Below are positions 12,501 through 23,481 of a stretch of DNA of 64,000 nt, piece by piece. The position numbers and the translations under genes are program-made. This DNA comes from Tubulanus polymorphus (lineage: Eukaryota; Animalia; Nemertea). The stretch lies in assembly GCF_964204645.1 (NCBI RefSeq), contig NC_134036.1:3844001-3908000 (forward strand). The letters are read 5' to 3'. A model generated the notes under the pieces. That model was given only the letters and a program-made list of their open reading frames with translations, did not search any database and was not told where the DNA came from. The stretch's first letter is position 1; each line of letters begins with the position of its first letter.

Positions 12501-15500
12501 GACTTAAGTCCAAAAGTGGTCTTAAATCTTAAGACTGGTCTAAAGTTGTTAGATTGGCTATAGATATAGAACAAAGTTGGTCTTAGACCGGTCTTCAGTC
12601 TAAGCCGTGACTATGCAACCGGGTTCCGTAGAACTTTGCGAGTTGAGTTCGAATTAAAATCAGTTGATTTTCAACGAGTAAAATCGGCGTCAAATCTCAG
12701 AACTGTAGAACTGGGTCGAGCAGCGTTATAAAATAACTGTCTCTTTATATGCTAATGTAACTAATTATCCTAATTGACTATTTTGTGATTTGCGACTGTT
12801 TTGTGCCTATACATTCTAAAAATGTTGTTCATCTACAGGGCATATATCCCGTTCGGGAAGTTCCTGCTAAATATGATTCTTTAGCCGATATCTTATAAAA
12901 TTAGGACAGTTACCGTTAAATAACGCATACGATCTATTCTAATCAACCGATGCCCGAGTCTAAACTATGCATTTTTTTCTATAACCAACCTAACAATTCT
13001 CGGAACATACTACAAGCATTTAGATTTACTAATTACTTTGAGGGCCAGCCTGAGCTGATAATTGTTCGATAGTCTTAACGTTGGTCTTAGGATTTTCGAA
13101 GACCATTTCTATGTAATATATATATATATATATATATACCGTATATATAACCAGTTGTAGCTTTGTTTCTTCCTTTCATCGATTATATAACGAAACATTT
13201 TAGGGACATTTTTTCCTACCCACCTACGTATATTTTGCACTCTTTTTTAACTTAATAAATAAAACTACTGATCGAAAAAAAAAAGTTTTTTTCTATCGAC
13301 TCAACATTTTTCTCTGTAGTGCTTATCAGTTCAGTGCTGCTGACTAAGCGTAATTAATACTTGAAAGTGCTGGAGATTATTTGAAAACTTTAAGAAAAAT
13401 TCCACGGCAGTACGTTGTATAACGGGTGTACCACTTTAATGTCTATTTCAACCTGACTTGAGAGCATTCCGGGTGGCCTAGCTCGGTCTGTTTTGGTTGT
13501 ACATACCTGATAGAAGTCTTATTAGGAACAGAAAGCACTGGCAGCTGACCTAAAATATCGTTTTTGAATCCACTTTAAACTGTATTGAAGGATATCCAAA
13601 AAGTCTTTATTGAGAGGGGTTCCTGAGAGAAAAGAGACTCCATGATTTGAAAGTTTAACAATATGTCTCCATGCCTACCAACTGAAGTTTGGTACGTAGG
13701 CATGGACACATACTGTTAAACCTGCAAATCATGGAGTCACTTCTTTTCATTTAACCCCTTTCAGTGAAGACTTTTTGGATATCCTTCAATACAGTTTCAA
13801 ATGGATTAAAAAATGATGATTTAGGTCGACTGCCAGTCCTTTCCGGTCCTATTAAGACCTTTATCAGGTGTGTAGTACCAAAAATTAGCGAGCTAGGCCA
13901 CCCGGAATGCTCTCAAGTCAGGTTGAAATAGACATTAGTACATCTACACCTAACATCAATACACCGTGATGCGGTGTACGTACTACCTAATGAATAGAGA
14001 ATTAAAACGCAAAGGATCTCTGCGCCTACCTCCGGCAAGCGATGGTACATGAGCTCGTGGGCGGACGGACGATAGACGGGATCTTTCTGCAGCATGTCTC
14101 GAATTAAATCCTTTATCTCCTGCGAGTAGACGTCTTTCACCGGCGCGAACGAACCCTGGCAGAAGAGAAACATCGACGCAATTTAAATACCGACGATCGT
14201 GAATTTCCCCTTCTCAAATACTACAAGAGGTAGGAACTGAGAACAGGTAGCATGAGTTTGTACCACGGTGGTGTCTCGTGATGCTATCAAATTCCAGCGA
14301 GGGAGGAATGTGGCAGAGTCTCGCGATGCAATTAGGTTCGAATCCCCGCGAGGGAGGAACGTGGCTAAGTCTCACAATGCTATCAGGCTCGAATCCCTGC
14401 AAGGGAGGAACATGGCAGAGTCTCACGATGCCATCAGGTTCAAATCCCTGCAAGGGAGGAACATGGCAGAGTCTCACGATGCCATCAGGTTCAAATCCCT
14501 GCAAGGGAGGAACATGGCAGAGTCTCGCGATGCCATCAGGTTCAAATCCCTGCGAGGGAGGAATGTGGCAGAGTCTCGCGATGTCATCAGATTCTAATCA
14601 TTGAGAGGATGGAACGTAGCAGAGTCTAGCCCGATCACTGACCTTCATGATTTTGTTGACTAGAGCGGGAAGATTCGAACCTTCAAACGTTTTCTGTAGA
14701 CACGCCATCTCGTATAGGATACACCCTAGAGCCCATATATCCGACTTGTCGTTGTACGGTTTGCCTTCGCACTGAATTCGAAAAAAAATACAACAAATCT
14801 ATGGTTATAATCAATAATATATCAATAATAATAATAAATCCTATTTCCATATGGCGCATATTCTGAAAAATAAAGATTCATTTCGCTTAACGACGTAAAA
14901 CATTTTGGATTTGTTAGAATTCCTCGATAAAAATAATTCTAGCAAAAACTCGTTTTCGTACCAGATCGAAAAATGGAATCGATTGGACCGCCGCAGTTAT
15001 TCTTGCGAGAGGAATTCCGTAAAAAAAGGCAAAGGGGCAAAGGCATCCTCGCTTGCCAGGGTTTGTTTGTCTCCTGCTGAAGCTCTAGATTTCTTGGACG
15101 GACGGGTTGCCAGTCTATATTTCTAGCCAATCAGAGATGCGCGGTATTAATAGAGCAAATGTGTTGAAGAAAAACAACACATCGGATTGGCTAGATATTT
15201 AGACCCAATAAATCATGGACGGTTACACCACTAAGGAACTGCGACCAGGGTTTGTGTAGACGTGAGCTTCGGCGGAAGGCAATCAAACCCTGGTAAGTGA
15301 GGATAGAGCAAAGGTCGAAATAGAGATATTATCATCGTTAATCAAACTCACCATTTCGGGGCTGATGTAGTACGGCGTACCGAGCACGGTGTTCGCGCCG
15401 CGGTTTACCGTGGTCATCATTTTCGAAATTCCGAAATCGCCCATTTTCACGACGCCCTCCTTCGTCAGGAAAACGTTTGCCGTTTTCAAGTCCCTGAACG

Positions 15501-18500
15501 AGATAACGAACGTAACAATTTGTAATTTGTGGTTGGCTTCTATCCCATAACAGGGGTCCAGATACATCCTAACAATCGGCTTTCAACACATTTTTCACAA
15601 GTAAAAAAAAAAATACCACATTTGTAAACATTTTTTCACATAATTTTTCAAGACTTTTCACATTGTTTCGCATAAAATTTCAAGATTTCACACAGATCAA
15701 TATTTCCAGATTCTCAATTTTTTTCGTATTATTTTTCACGTCGGTACAGGTACAATAACACAAGCAGTTACCGACCACAATCTGGACGGATCGAAATACG
15801 TAAGCTTTAACACGGCATGTGTATGAATTCTCAACTCGACAGTATATGGCATGAAAAACAACTGAAACATCGAAAGAGCTTTCTCTAAAAGATTTTCACG
15901 CAATTTCATCAGTTTTCGTTTACACAGATCACTCTTCCCCGGAATTTTTAAAAGGACAAAAAATTCCCCAAATTTTCCTCGATTTCCAGATTAGTGCCCC
16001 ACGCCGTAAAGATCGTAAAAGAAATGAAACTCCGACCTGTGCAGGATGTTGTGTTCGTGTATGTGTCGTATCGCGGCGACCATCTGCTGAAACATCGACA
16101 AAATCTGTTTCTCTTCGAGCGGTTTGTCTTGAGCTTGCTGCGCCAGGAATTGACACAACGTCCTACACGCAAATAATGAAAAAGCGAAATACAGTCAGGG
16201 TTATAAGATAAAATCCCACTATTTACAGATTAAAAGAATTTAAAAACCAGAATTTATTTATTAAATCTAAAATATTTAAAAGACACGACGTTTCGATCTC
16301 ACCCTAGAGATCATTGTCAGGTGTGTCACACCTGACGATGATCTCTAGGGTGAGATATTTTAGATTTAATAAATAAATTCTGGTTTTTAAATTCATTTAA
16401 TCTGTAAATAGTGGGATTTTATCTTATTATCCGTTCACCACGTTTGAGTGTGGTCATCGTTCTACAGTCAGGGTTCTTATCGAGTCAGTTTTTCCCTATT
16501 GTTTTTACAGATCAGAGGATCCAAAACCCCAGGGGGTTGGTTGCATAGCAATGGCTTATATTTAAAACCAGTCTAAGACCAATTTAGTTAAACAGCCAAT
16601 CTGACAACTTAAGACCAGTCTTGCGCGCAACCGAGCCTGATGACCCAGCTGAAAATTCTCTGATAGAATTATGAGATAACCACAGCCAGGGCTGTTTCTA
16701 CTTGAGCGGTTCCTCGTGCCACTCATCACCAGCAAGAACATCAAGATGACAAAATTTCAAATTACCCGACACTCCCCTTATTTTCAACGAAAGATTCAAA
16801 TTCCCTACTTTACCCAGCAGAATGTTTTGTAAGAAGGCTGGACCCAGTTCCACAATTCTGAGATAAGATTCGACCCAAAGTAAACACATTGAAAATGAAC
16901 TAATTTGTCACTCGACTGACAAAACTGTGGCGCTGGATCCCCTTTATAGTTTCATACTAAAAAACAACATCGTAATTTGATGCAATAGAAATGAGCAGGG
17001 GATGGGGGAGAGGGCGAGTACGTACCCGCCGTCGGCGTATTCCATCTCGATCATCAAAACTCCGTCCTCCTCGAAACTGTCGTAATAACTGATGATATTC
17101 GGGTGATCGAGCAAAGCGAGAACTTTCACCTGAAAAAACAAAAAAAAAATGTCAGAATTCCTAAATTTCCACACAAAGAAACAAAGAACTAAATGTCTTA
17201 TGTCTGGTGTTTGTAGTTCATTTTCAATTAAAAATGTCTCAGGTGAAACTCTGAACACATGAGAAGTGTGGACAATCAGTTTTTCGAAGTGTGCTGATAA
17301 AATGTCTAATGTCCGGTGCGTGAAGTTTATTTTCACTCAAAAATGTCTCAAGTGAAGTTCTAGACACATGTGAAGTGTGGACGATCTGTTTTTGAAAGTT
17401 TGCTGATAAAATATCTAATGTTTGTAGTTCATTTTCAATTGAAAATGTCTCAGGTGAAGCACTGAACACATGTGAAATGTGGACGATCAGAAATTCTAAG
17501 TATGGTGATAAAGTAGTGAATATCCGAGGGTCCAGACAGCAGCCTGAACCATCATCTAACCACTCGCCGACCACGCACTCATCACTCACCTCGTTCAGCG
17601 CGAGTTGCCGTTCGTTGGCGTTCAACTCATGCATGTTGATCTCTTTCAGAATCACCAGCGAGTCGTCGTCTTTCTTGCGGTAGAGCACGGCGGCGCCGTA
17701 CGCGCCCTTACCGACCGTGCGGATCTTCTCGAACCCGGCCAGCGACTGCTGGTATCGTCCGCTCCAGCCGCGCAGCTGAGTCAAATGGAAATATAACTCG
17801 CCGACGTTTCTGAAATAATAAAGTAACCCTCTGATATCTCAGTGTAAGCTAACAGGGTTCCTACAGATCGAAGATTCCTGGATACAACGAAATTTTAGGG
17901 AGAGAATTTCAAACTCAAGCAATTTTAAAAGCATTTCATAAGTTCAAAAGCATTTCATAAGGAATCTAGCAGTCGTAGGGTCCACGATGAAGCCATCCTT
18001 TGATGTCTCTGTGAATGTTAACAGGGTCCCTACAAATCGATCATTTCTGGATATAAGGAGATTTTAAGGAGAGAATTTCAAACTCAAGCACCTTTAAAAG
18101 CATTTCATAAGTTTTCTAAGGAATCTAGCAGTTGTAGGGACCCCGATGAAGCCATCCTTTGATGTCTCTGTGAATGTTAACACGGTCCCTACAGATCGAT
18201 TATTTCTGGACATAAGGAGATTTTAAGGAGAGAATTTCGAGTTCAAACATTTTTAAAAGCACTTTGTTTAAAAGCTTTTTTAAGGAATCTAGCAGTTGTA
18301 GGGACCCTGATGGAGCCATCGTTTGATATTTCCCTGTACTTAAAAGAGTTTTTACTAACATTTTTTTCGCAGCGTCAGCAGACGCGTCGTCGTGTTTGAT
18401 GCTGATTTCCGGGCCGTGCACGTCTTTAGAGATGTTCACCGGAATCTACAATGTGTAAATATATCCAATTATATATCCATTCAAAATTCATCATAATTCA

Positions 18501-21500
18501 TCAAATTCCCAAAAATCTCGAAACAAAAATATTTTTATAAAAATTCGTAAACATAAGTTTTCCCAATTTGCCAGCAGAACTGTGCAAATCACATAGTAGC
18601 GACACCTGGTGGATCCTCACTTTCCACGAAGGGAATCCACCGGATCCGGTGCGGAATCAAATCTAACCGACAAGACTACAATGCGAAGACTACGACTTAC
18701 GTTAAGGCGCGATTCAAGTTCACGACAGATGGCGCTGCTGTCGGTCGTTTGGGCGACCGAACTGGCGAGGAAATCCACGCGTTTACTGGTCGACGACGGG
18801 TCGACGTGGTCTTTTACGAGGGACGCGAGGAAATCGATCAACGTCGAGTTGTCTTTGATCGTGTCTTTCGAGATTATCTGAAATAAGATGAAAATATTTT
18901 CGCTGAAAATCTGGTGGGACGGAACTATTGTAAAACTTCCCTTAATGAACACCATTTGCCCGTTCCCAAAATGTTCCTATCTAAAATACATGGATCAGTA
19001 CCTCTTTATAGTGAACAGTCAAGAAGGTTCATTTGACCTCCCAATAGTAAACAGCTTTGTTTATAGTTGTGGATTTATAGGAGGATTCTAGTGTCACTCA
19101 CATCCATGACCTGACCCTGCTTATAGCGAACACCTCAGACAGTGAACACTTTTTGCTTGGTCCCACAGACGTTTACCATACCCCCTAGCTTACCCTCTTT
19201 AATCTGTTTTAGCGTGTAACCGTTTCTATGTCGATTTTCCTTCAGTTTGTATCACCTTTGATTTAACTTAAATTATTCTCTTTGTTTCTGGATTGTATAT
19301 TGACTCATAATTTCTGTTGTAACTCAGTATTCCTGAAGATGACTATTAGGATATAGTCGAAACGTTGAATAAACGACTCTCCGGTAACATTTTCGGACTG
19401 CTGTTCGTTATTATTGTGGGATTCTCTCTACATCACCATAGAGGGTTTATTTACCGTGTAGCAGTCGGTAGAATATCAGAACTTTCAATGACAAATATAC
19501 TTATAAAAACAACTTATAAAAAGACTCTTTCCAAAACTATAAGAACCTGAAGCAGTCCTTCCCGGAGACCCAAGGCGACAGAGCGAGACTTAACTTGCCC
19601 TCTCCCCCGACGAGCGAGAGACATTACCTGGTCGTCCTTGCCGGAGAGATGTATCGCGTGATTCGTGCCGTGTACGATGAACGCGATGCTGTGAACTTTT
19701 TTCGCAGGCGACGGCGACGAGGTCGAGTCGAGTTTCTTTCCGGCGCCGCTTGATGACAACGCTAGACTAACGGCCGCTGAAACATGAGATAAATATTGAG
19801 AATTATTACTAGGCCTAACTGATTATAATTTTACTGAGAAATTTTACTCATTTGGTCACTTATGCATTTACGCATGAACAGTGGCAACTTTAATTTTACT
19901 TCTTCCCTGACTATTGCGGAAATGCACCTTGTTTTCCCTGACTTGATCTGCTTCCAATATTCCAAGATTCCAATCAATTGTCAAATACATAAATGGAAAC
20001 TATTCGATTGTACGCGCAATCTAGCAAATTCCCCTAAATTATCGCGGATTTTCAGCTTTTTACAAAATTTCCTACCTTTCCTTAAAGAAAAGGAACTTCT
20101 CTGTCTTTTCCTTGATTTTTAGCTTTTATATTACAAAATTCCCTGAAATTTTTAACGAAAAGAAAATTCCCCGACTTTCCCCCCGCCCCACCCCCCCCGA
20201 TTTCCATAAGCCAGCGACCACCCTAAACATACCTCGAATACTCTCCAGCGACGAACTCTCGTATTTATACTGCACGTGGGCGACGTTCGGCAACAGAGCC
20301 GCGTAAATCGCCGTCAAATTCTTAACCTTCGACGAGATAACCACCAACCGCGGATCCGCGTCGGAGTCCGCAACCGCCGACGTCTGCTGATCGGCGGCGC
20401 CGGCGTTAGTTTCGACCGCCGATCCGGCCAGTTCGGCGACCGGCTCGACGTCGACGACCGGCATCTCGGGCACGATGACCTCGACGCCGGTGTCGTCGTC
20501 GAAGAACGCGCGCGACGACAGTTTCATCTTCGACTGAACGATGAACGACGTGCACGTACGCAACGGCCGGTAGATCTTCAGACGACGCGCGCGCGACGCC
20601 GCCGCCACCGGCGACGACTCGCGATCGCCGCACACCGCGTTAGACGTCTCGACGCGCGCGTTTTTACGACTGTTCTGACGAGACGGCGCCGGTTTGCCCG
20701 ACGCGCCGCTGCCGGGCGGCACTTCGGTAAGGGGATCGTTGCTGTTTTGTCGTCTGCAAAAAAGGGAAACAAGATCAATAATCATCCAGGACCAAGTTCC
20801 ACAGTCGTCAGTTAGAGTTAACTCTGAGTTAAAGTTAGTTCATTTTCAATGAGTTAGTCTAACCCAGAGTCAGATCTTAACTCAGAAATGTGGAACTGGA
20901 CCCAGGGTGAACACTCTCATGTGGCTTTTCCCTCCTGAATATTCCCTGACAAGCACGTAGATTTCCCTGACTTGATCTGCTAAGAATCCAATCAATTAAC
21001 ACAGTCAAGAAGACGTAGACTGTTTGAGTTGCTGCGCGATCTAGCATTCTCAGTAAATTTAGGCCTACGTGATTTTTTGCAAAATTCCCAATTCCCTGAC
21101 TTTTCGAAGAAAAGAAAATTCCCCGACTATTCCCGGATTTCCAGGTTAGTGGCCAACATGTTATCGCTCAGTGGCCTGTACTGGGGTTAATGACGGATTC
21201 AAGGCGGGGAAGATGAAGTGTTCTGGTCATTTGAATAATTCAGCATAAGAATTTATGCCGATTCTGAGTTACCCATGATTTGTAACGAAAATTTTGATTA
21301 GGCCTAAAATTCCTAAAAATTGTCTCAAAACGCCCAAGACTTCCTAGGGTAAGACCCTCATCAGAGCCTTCAACCCACTCTCCTGAAATAATCAAAAATC
21401 ATCAACTCTCATTTCCTTCCCCTTCGTTTCTTCATTTCCCTTTCGTTTGTTCCCTGGGTGCTTGCGACAGCGGCCTAAAGGCTTTGCTTGGCCCACACTG

Positions 21501-21936
21501 AAAGCTAGTGTCCTCTCTCTTTTTATAATTGTGCTTTTTTAAAAAAAAAAATTGTGAATTTTATTGCTTGTTTTCTCTCAACCTGTGTACATAGCCCGTA
21601 ATGCTTTCTGTGAAATAAATTTGAACTTGAACTTGAACTTGAACAACCGCTGGCTTGCTCGGCTTTATTTACGCCTTGGCTTCGTTTAGGCACCTCTTAT
21701 GGCGCGAATATGAACTCTACATAAAATTGCCCCCCCCCCATTAAACTGTGATAATCATGTGGCTCTCAGAATTTCGAGGATATATCTTCATCCGAGACGT
21801 AACTGGATTACCTCGTTGTATGTTTGTGCCCACGACGAGTGATGTCTTCATCTTTCCATTTTTCGTGATCTTCGGTTGTTGTTTCGGATTTGTGTTTAAC
21901 GACGTTGCTTCGAGAAGTAAGCTCTGCATCGTCCAT
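507..21936 (-). CDS. NEK8/NEK9-like NIMA-family Ser/Thr kinase with C-terminal RCC1 repeats and N-terminal NSMF/DUF4347-like domain (3'-partial; continues left of window)
   Basis: 17 phase-consistent GT-AG exons: 21936-21812, 20753-20233, 19776-19628, 18877-18701, 18445-18360, 17809-17590, 17129-17026, 16162-16037, 15493-15352, 14771-14643, 14155-14030, 7022-6922, 3137-3059, 2669-2515, 1817-1677, 1295-1173, 693-507. Kinase motifs [54 protein letters not shown]1 repeats [47 protein letters not shown]. Residues are a mix of NEK8-like and NEK9-like, so no symbol is given. Confidence 0.92.
2045..2482 (+). repeat. 51-bp tandem repeat (~8 copies)
   Basis: Unit GGGATTTGAACCTGATGGCATCGCGAGACTCTGCCACGTTCCTCCCTTGCA; inverted array at 14262-14630. 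Confidence 0.85.
3243..4032. repeat. 41-bp minisatellite (~19 copies)
   Basis: Unit CGAGATATCTCTAAAAGGCAATGCCGGCTGAATCGGGAGCA with palindromic core GAGATATCTC. Confidence 0.95.
4388..4723. mobile_element. MITE with long (~80 bp) tRNA-like terminal inverted repeats
   Basis: Left GGGGATTCGAACGTGATG..CTGCCACACCAGACCG mirrors right CGGTCTAGTGTGGCAGG..CATCAGGTTCGTATATCCC. Second copy at 37923-38249. Confidence 0.65.
4735..6371. repeat. ~122-bp satellite (~13 copies) with 610-bp 5-mer higher-order repeat
   Basis: Unit includes CAACAAGTCTTAGAGACCCTGATATAAAATC and CAACATCTAATAGGGAATATAGGGATGAGGAGAGG. Diagnostic variants recur exactly 610 bp apart. Confidence 0.95.
10096..12224 (+). CDS. Secreted collagen-C1q domain protein (C1QTNF3/CTRP3-like), nested antisense in the NEK intron
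   Basis: Exons 10096-10276, 10359-10475, 11071-11339, 12042-12224 join in frame. Signal peptide [19 protein letters not shown], furin-like RARR, CxxCxC, Gly-X-Y run including [10 protein letters not shown] (as in CTRP3), then gC1q motifs [42 protein letters not shown]. Probable 5'UTR exon ending at 9400 (ag|gtaagt). AATAAA near 13254. Confidence 0.9.
10520..10930 (+). repeat. 39-bp tandem repeat (~10 copies) in a C1q intron
   Basis: Unit TGTGGAACTGGATCCAGAGTCAAATCAAACCCACACAAC. Degenerate inverted array near 55275-55690. Confidence 0.85.
11391..11630. repeat. ~34-bp tandem repeat (~7 copies)
   Basis: Unit CACTTTTATTTGACTAGTTTTTCCCCGACTATTG at the left end of a GGTGGCCACT-type MITE. Confidence 0.8.
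13437..13937. mobile_element. ~500-bp foldback element (long imperfect inverted repeat)
   Basis: TAATGTCTATTTCAACCTGACTTGAGAGCATTCCGGGTGGCCTAGCTC is mirrored exactly at the right end; arms stay complementary toward a centre near 13685. Confidence 0.75.
14262..14630 (-). repeat. 51-bp tandem repeat (~7 copies), same family as 2045-2482
   Basis: Unit TGGCAGAGTCTCACGATGCCATCAGGTTCAAATCCCTGCAAGGGAGGAACA on +. Confidence 0.85.
16190..16475. mobile_element. Palindromic Penelope-like mini-element, subfamily B
   Basis: Inverted arms with hammerhead motifs at the centre and a ~35-nt unpaired tail. 13-bp direct repeat TACAGTCAGGGTT at 16190-16202 and 16463-16475 (TSD). Confidence 0.7.
16283..16326 (-). 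ncRNA. Minimal type-I hammerhead ribozyme motif (core variant CTGACAA)
   Basis: Reverse complement reads ACAC-CTGACAA-T-GATCTC-TAGGGT-GAGATC-GAAA-CG-TC-GTGT. Stems I and II pair; G8 is replaced by A. Confidence 0.6.
17850..18325. repeat. Three tandem copies of a ~160-bp MITE-like unit
   Basis: AACAGGGTCCCTACAGATCGA..GGAATCTAGCAGTTGTAGGGACCC..GATG repeated three times. Confidence 0.7.
19328..19371 (+). ncRNA. Minimal type-I hammerhead ribozyme motif in Penelope-like LTR remnant
   Basis: TATTC-CTGAAGA-T-GACTAT-TAGGAT-ATAGTC-GAAA-CG-TT-GAATA: intact CUGANGA/GAAA/UH core, 5-bp stem I, 6-bp stem II, palindromic AACGTT in place of stem III. Confidence 0.7.
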
Positions 21937-22789
21937 AATCTGAAAAAAAAAACGCTTAAAGAAATTAATACCCGTATATCAAGCCAGGGGTGCAAACAAC
22001 AGACAAACTCTTTAGAAATCAAAGTTGCTGAATGCTCTAACTTCATGTTATCATACTACCATATCACAAGGGCGGATCAAGGATTCCTTGAAATTCGAAT
22101 GGGCACTTAATCTGAAAGGGTAGATGCGAGGGGTGCAAGCGAAACATTGGTAGGGGTTCTTGTGACCCTCCCACAGAACATTTAGGACAAACAGGGCTTT
22201 TTTTGTCCTTATCACTATCAGGACCCATTTGGATTTATTTTTAGTCTTTTCGAAATTTTCTTTGCAAAAAAATTTTTCCAGACTTTTTGGAGGCTGATTC
22301 GGATTTTGAAGGGGGTGGACCAGTCCACCCCCCCCCCCCTAAATCCGCCCTTGTATCATATCATATCAAGTTCAGACACTGTTAGGCCAGGAAGCTCTGA
22401 GAGAATAATATAGGCCTACTGTCGTACTGAAACTATTTGTGATGAAACAAATGGAAATTCTGTGGTTAAGGCTCAGCAAAGCTTGCAAGCCGCCAAATTT
22501 TTTTTCTTGGGACATGGACTGAGGACCCGGAACTCATCAGAATCAGATCACTTCGGACCATCAACCCCCGCCGAAGTCCGCGCGACCCACGACGAAGCCT
22601 GATCCAAGCGCAGCTTTGGAAAATATCCTATAGACGAACCTGTGAGCTGATTTTGATATTGTATCAAAAATATCAGATACAACGAGGACCTCTCTTTTTA
22701 AATATAAAGAAACTAGAAAGCAAAATAGACTTGTTGTTGGTGGGAATGGTTCTGGTTGGGGGAGCTTTTTGAAAGGGTTTTCAAGAATT

Positions 22790-23481
22790 TCGACATACTT
22801 TACGAGTTCCAACGCCTTCGACGATTTTCTCAGGATGACTGTAGATCAACGGTCGTTCTACACGGCTCCGAAATAATAAAGAGTTTCTCGAATTTTTCTC
22901 TCATTTTCATTTCATCTCTTGACAGCACCCCAATAAAATATGGTTGATTGAATTGGATTGGAGAGTCGATTCGAAAATCGGATTTTTTCCGAAAATCGTT
23001 TTTTGTCTTCTCCCGAAAAATAAATTTTCTCATTCGCCATTTTAATTCCAATCTATCCGGAATCCGCGTTACGTCCCGAACTGCTTAACCGGACCGTACG
23101 AAGCTTAAATATTCACTTTTGAGCAATAAAATCATATTTGTTTTGAATTGGTCTGTGATGAGCCGGATGAAAAGCGTAAACTAATTGACGAAGCATTTTA
23201 AACAAAGAATAGCTGAATCTTCGATAAGAAATAAAAAAATCCAATGTTACACGGATTTAATATTTTCTAAACATGTTCTCTCTATTCATACACCCCTTTT
23301 AATCCATCGTACCAGTTTCTTTCAAACAGTTCTTTCGCCATCAGTTCGTCTGAGGTCAGAATTCCGCAATTTGCGCCGCCATTGCTCGTATTCGTGCTTC
23401 ATTTCGAAAATTCGGGCCTCAACAAATAACCCGACGAAATTAGCGCCTAATTTTACTGCATTTTAACCCCAACAGAACAAA
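22790..23481. promoter_or_regulatory. Probable shared head-to-head promoter of the NEK-like gene (-) and RanGAP1 (+)
   Basis: NEK ATG (21936) sits just after an acceptor, so a 5'UTR exon must lie upstream; candidate donor aaa|gtatgt near 22798. RanGAP1 ATG at 23482. Confidence 0.4.
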
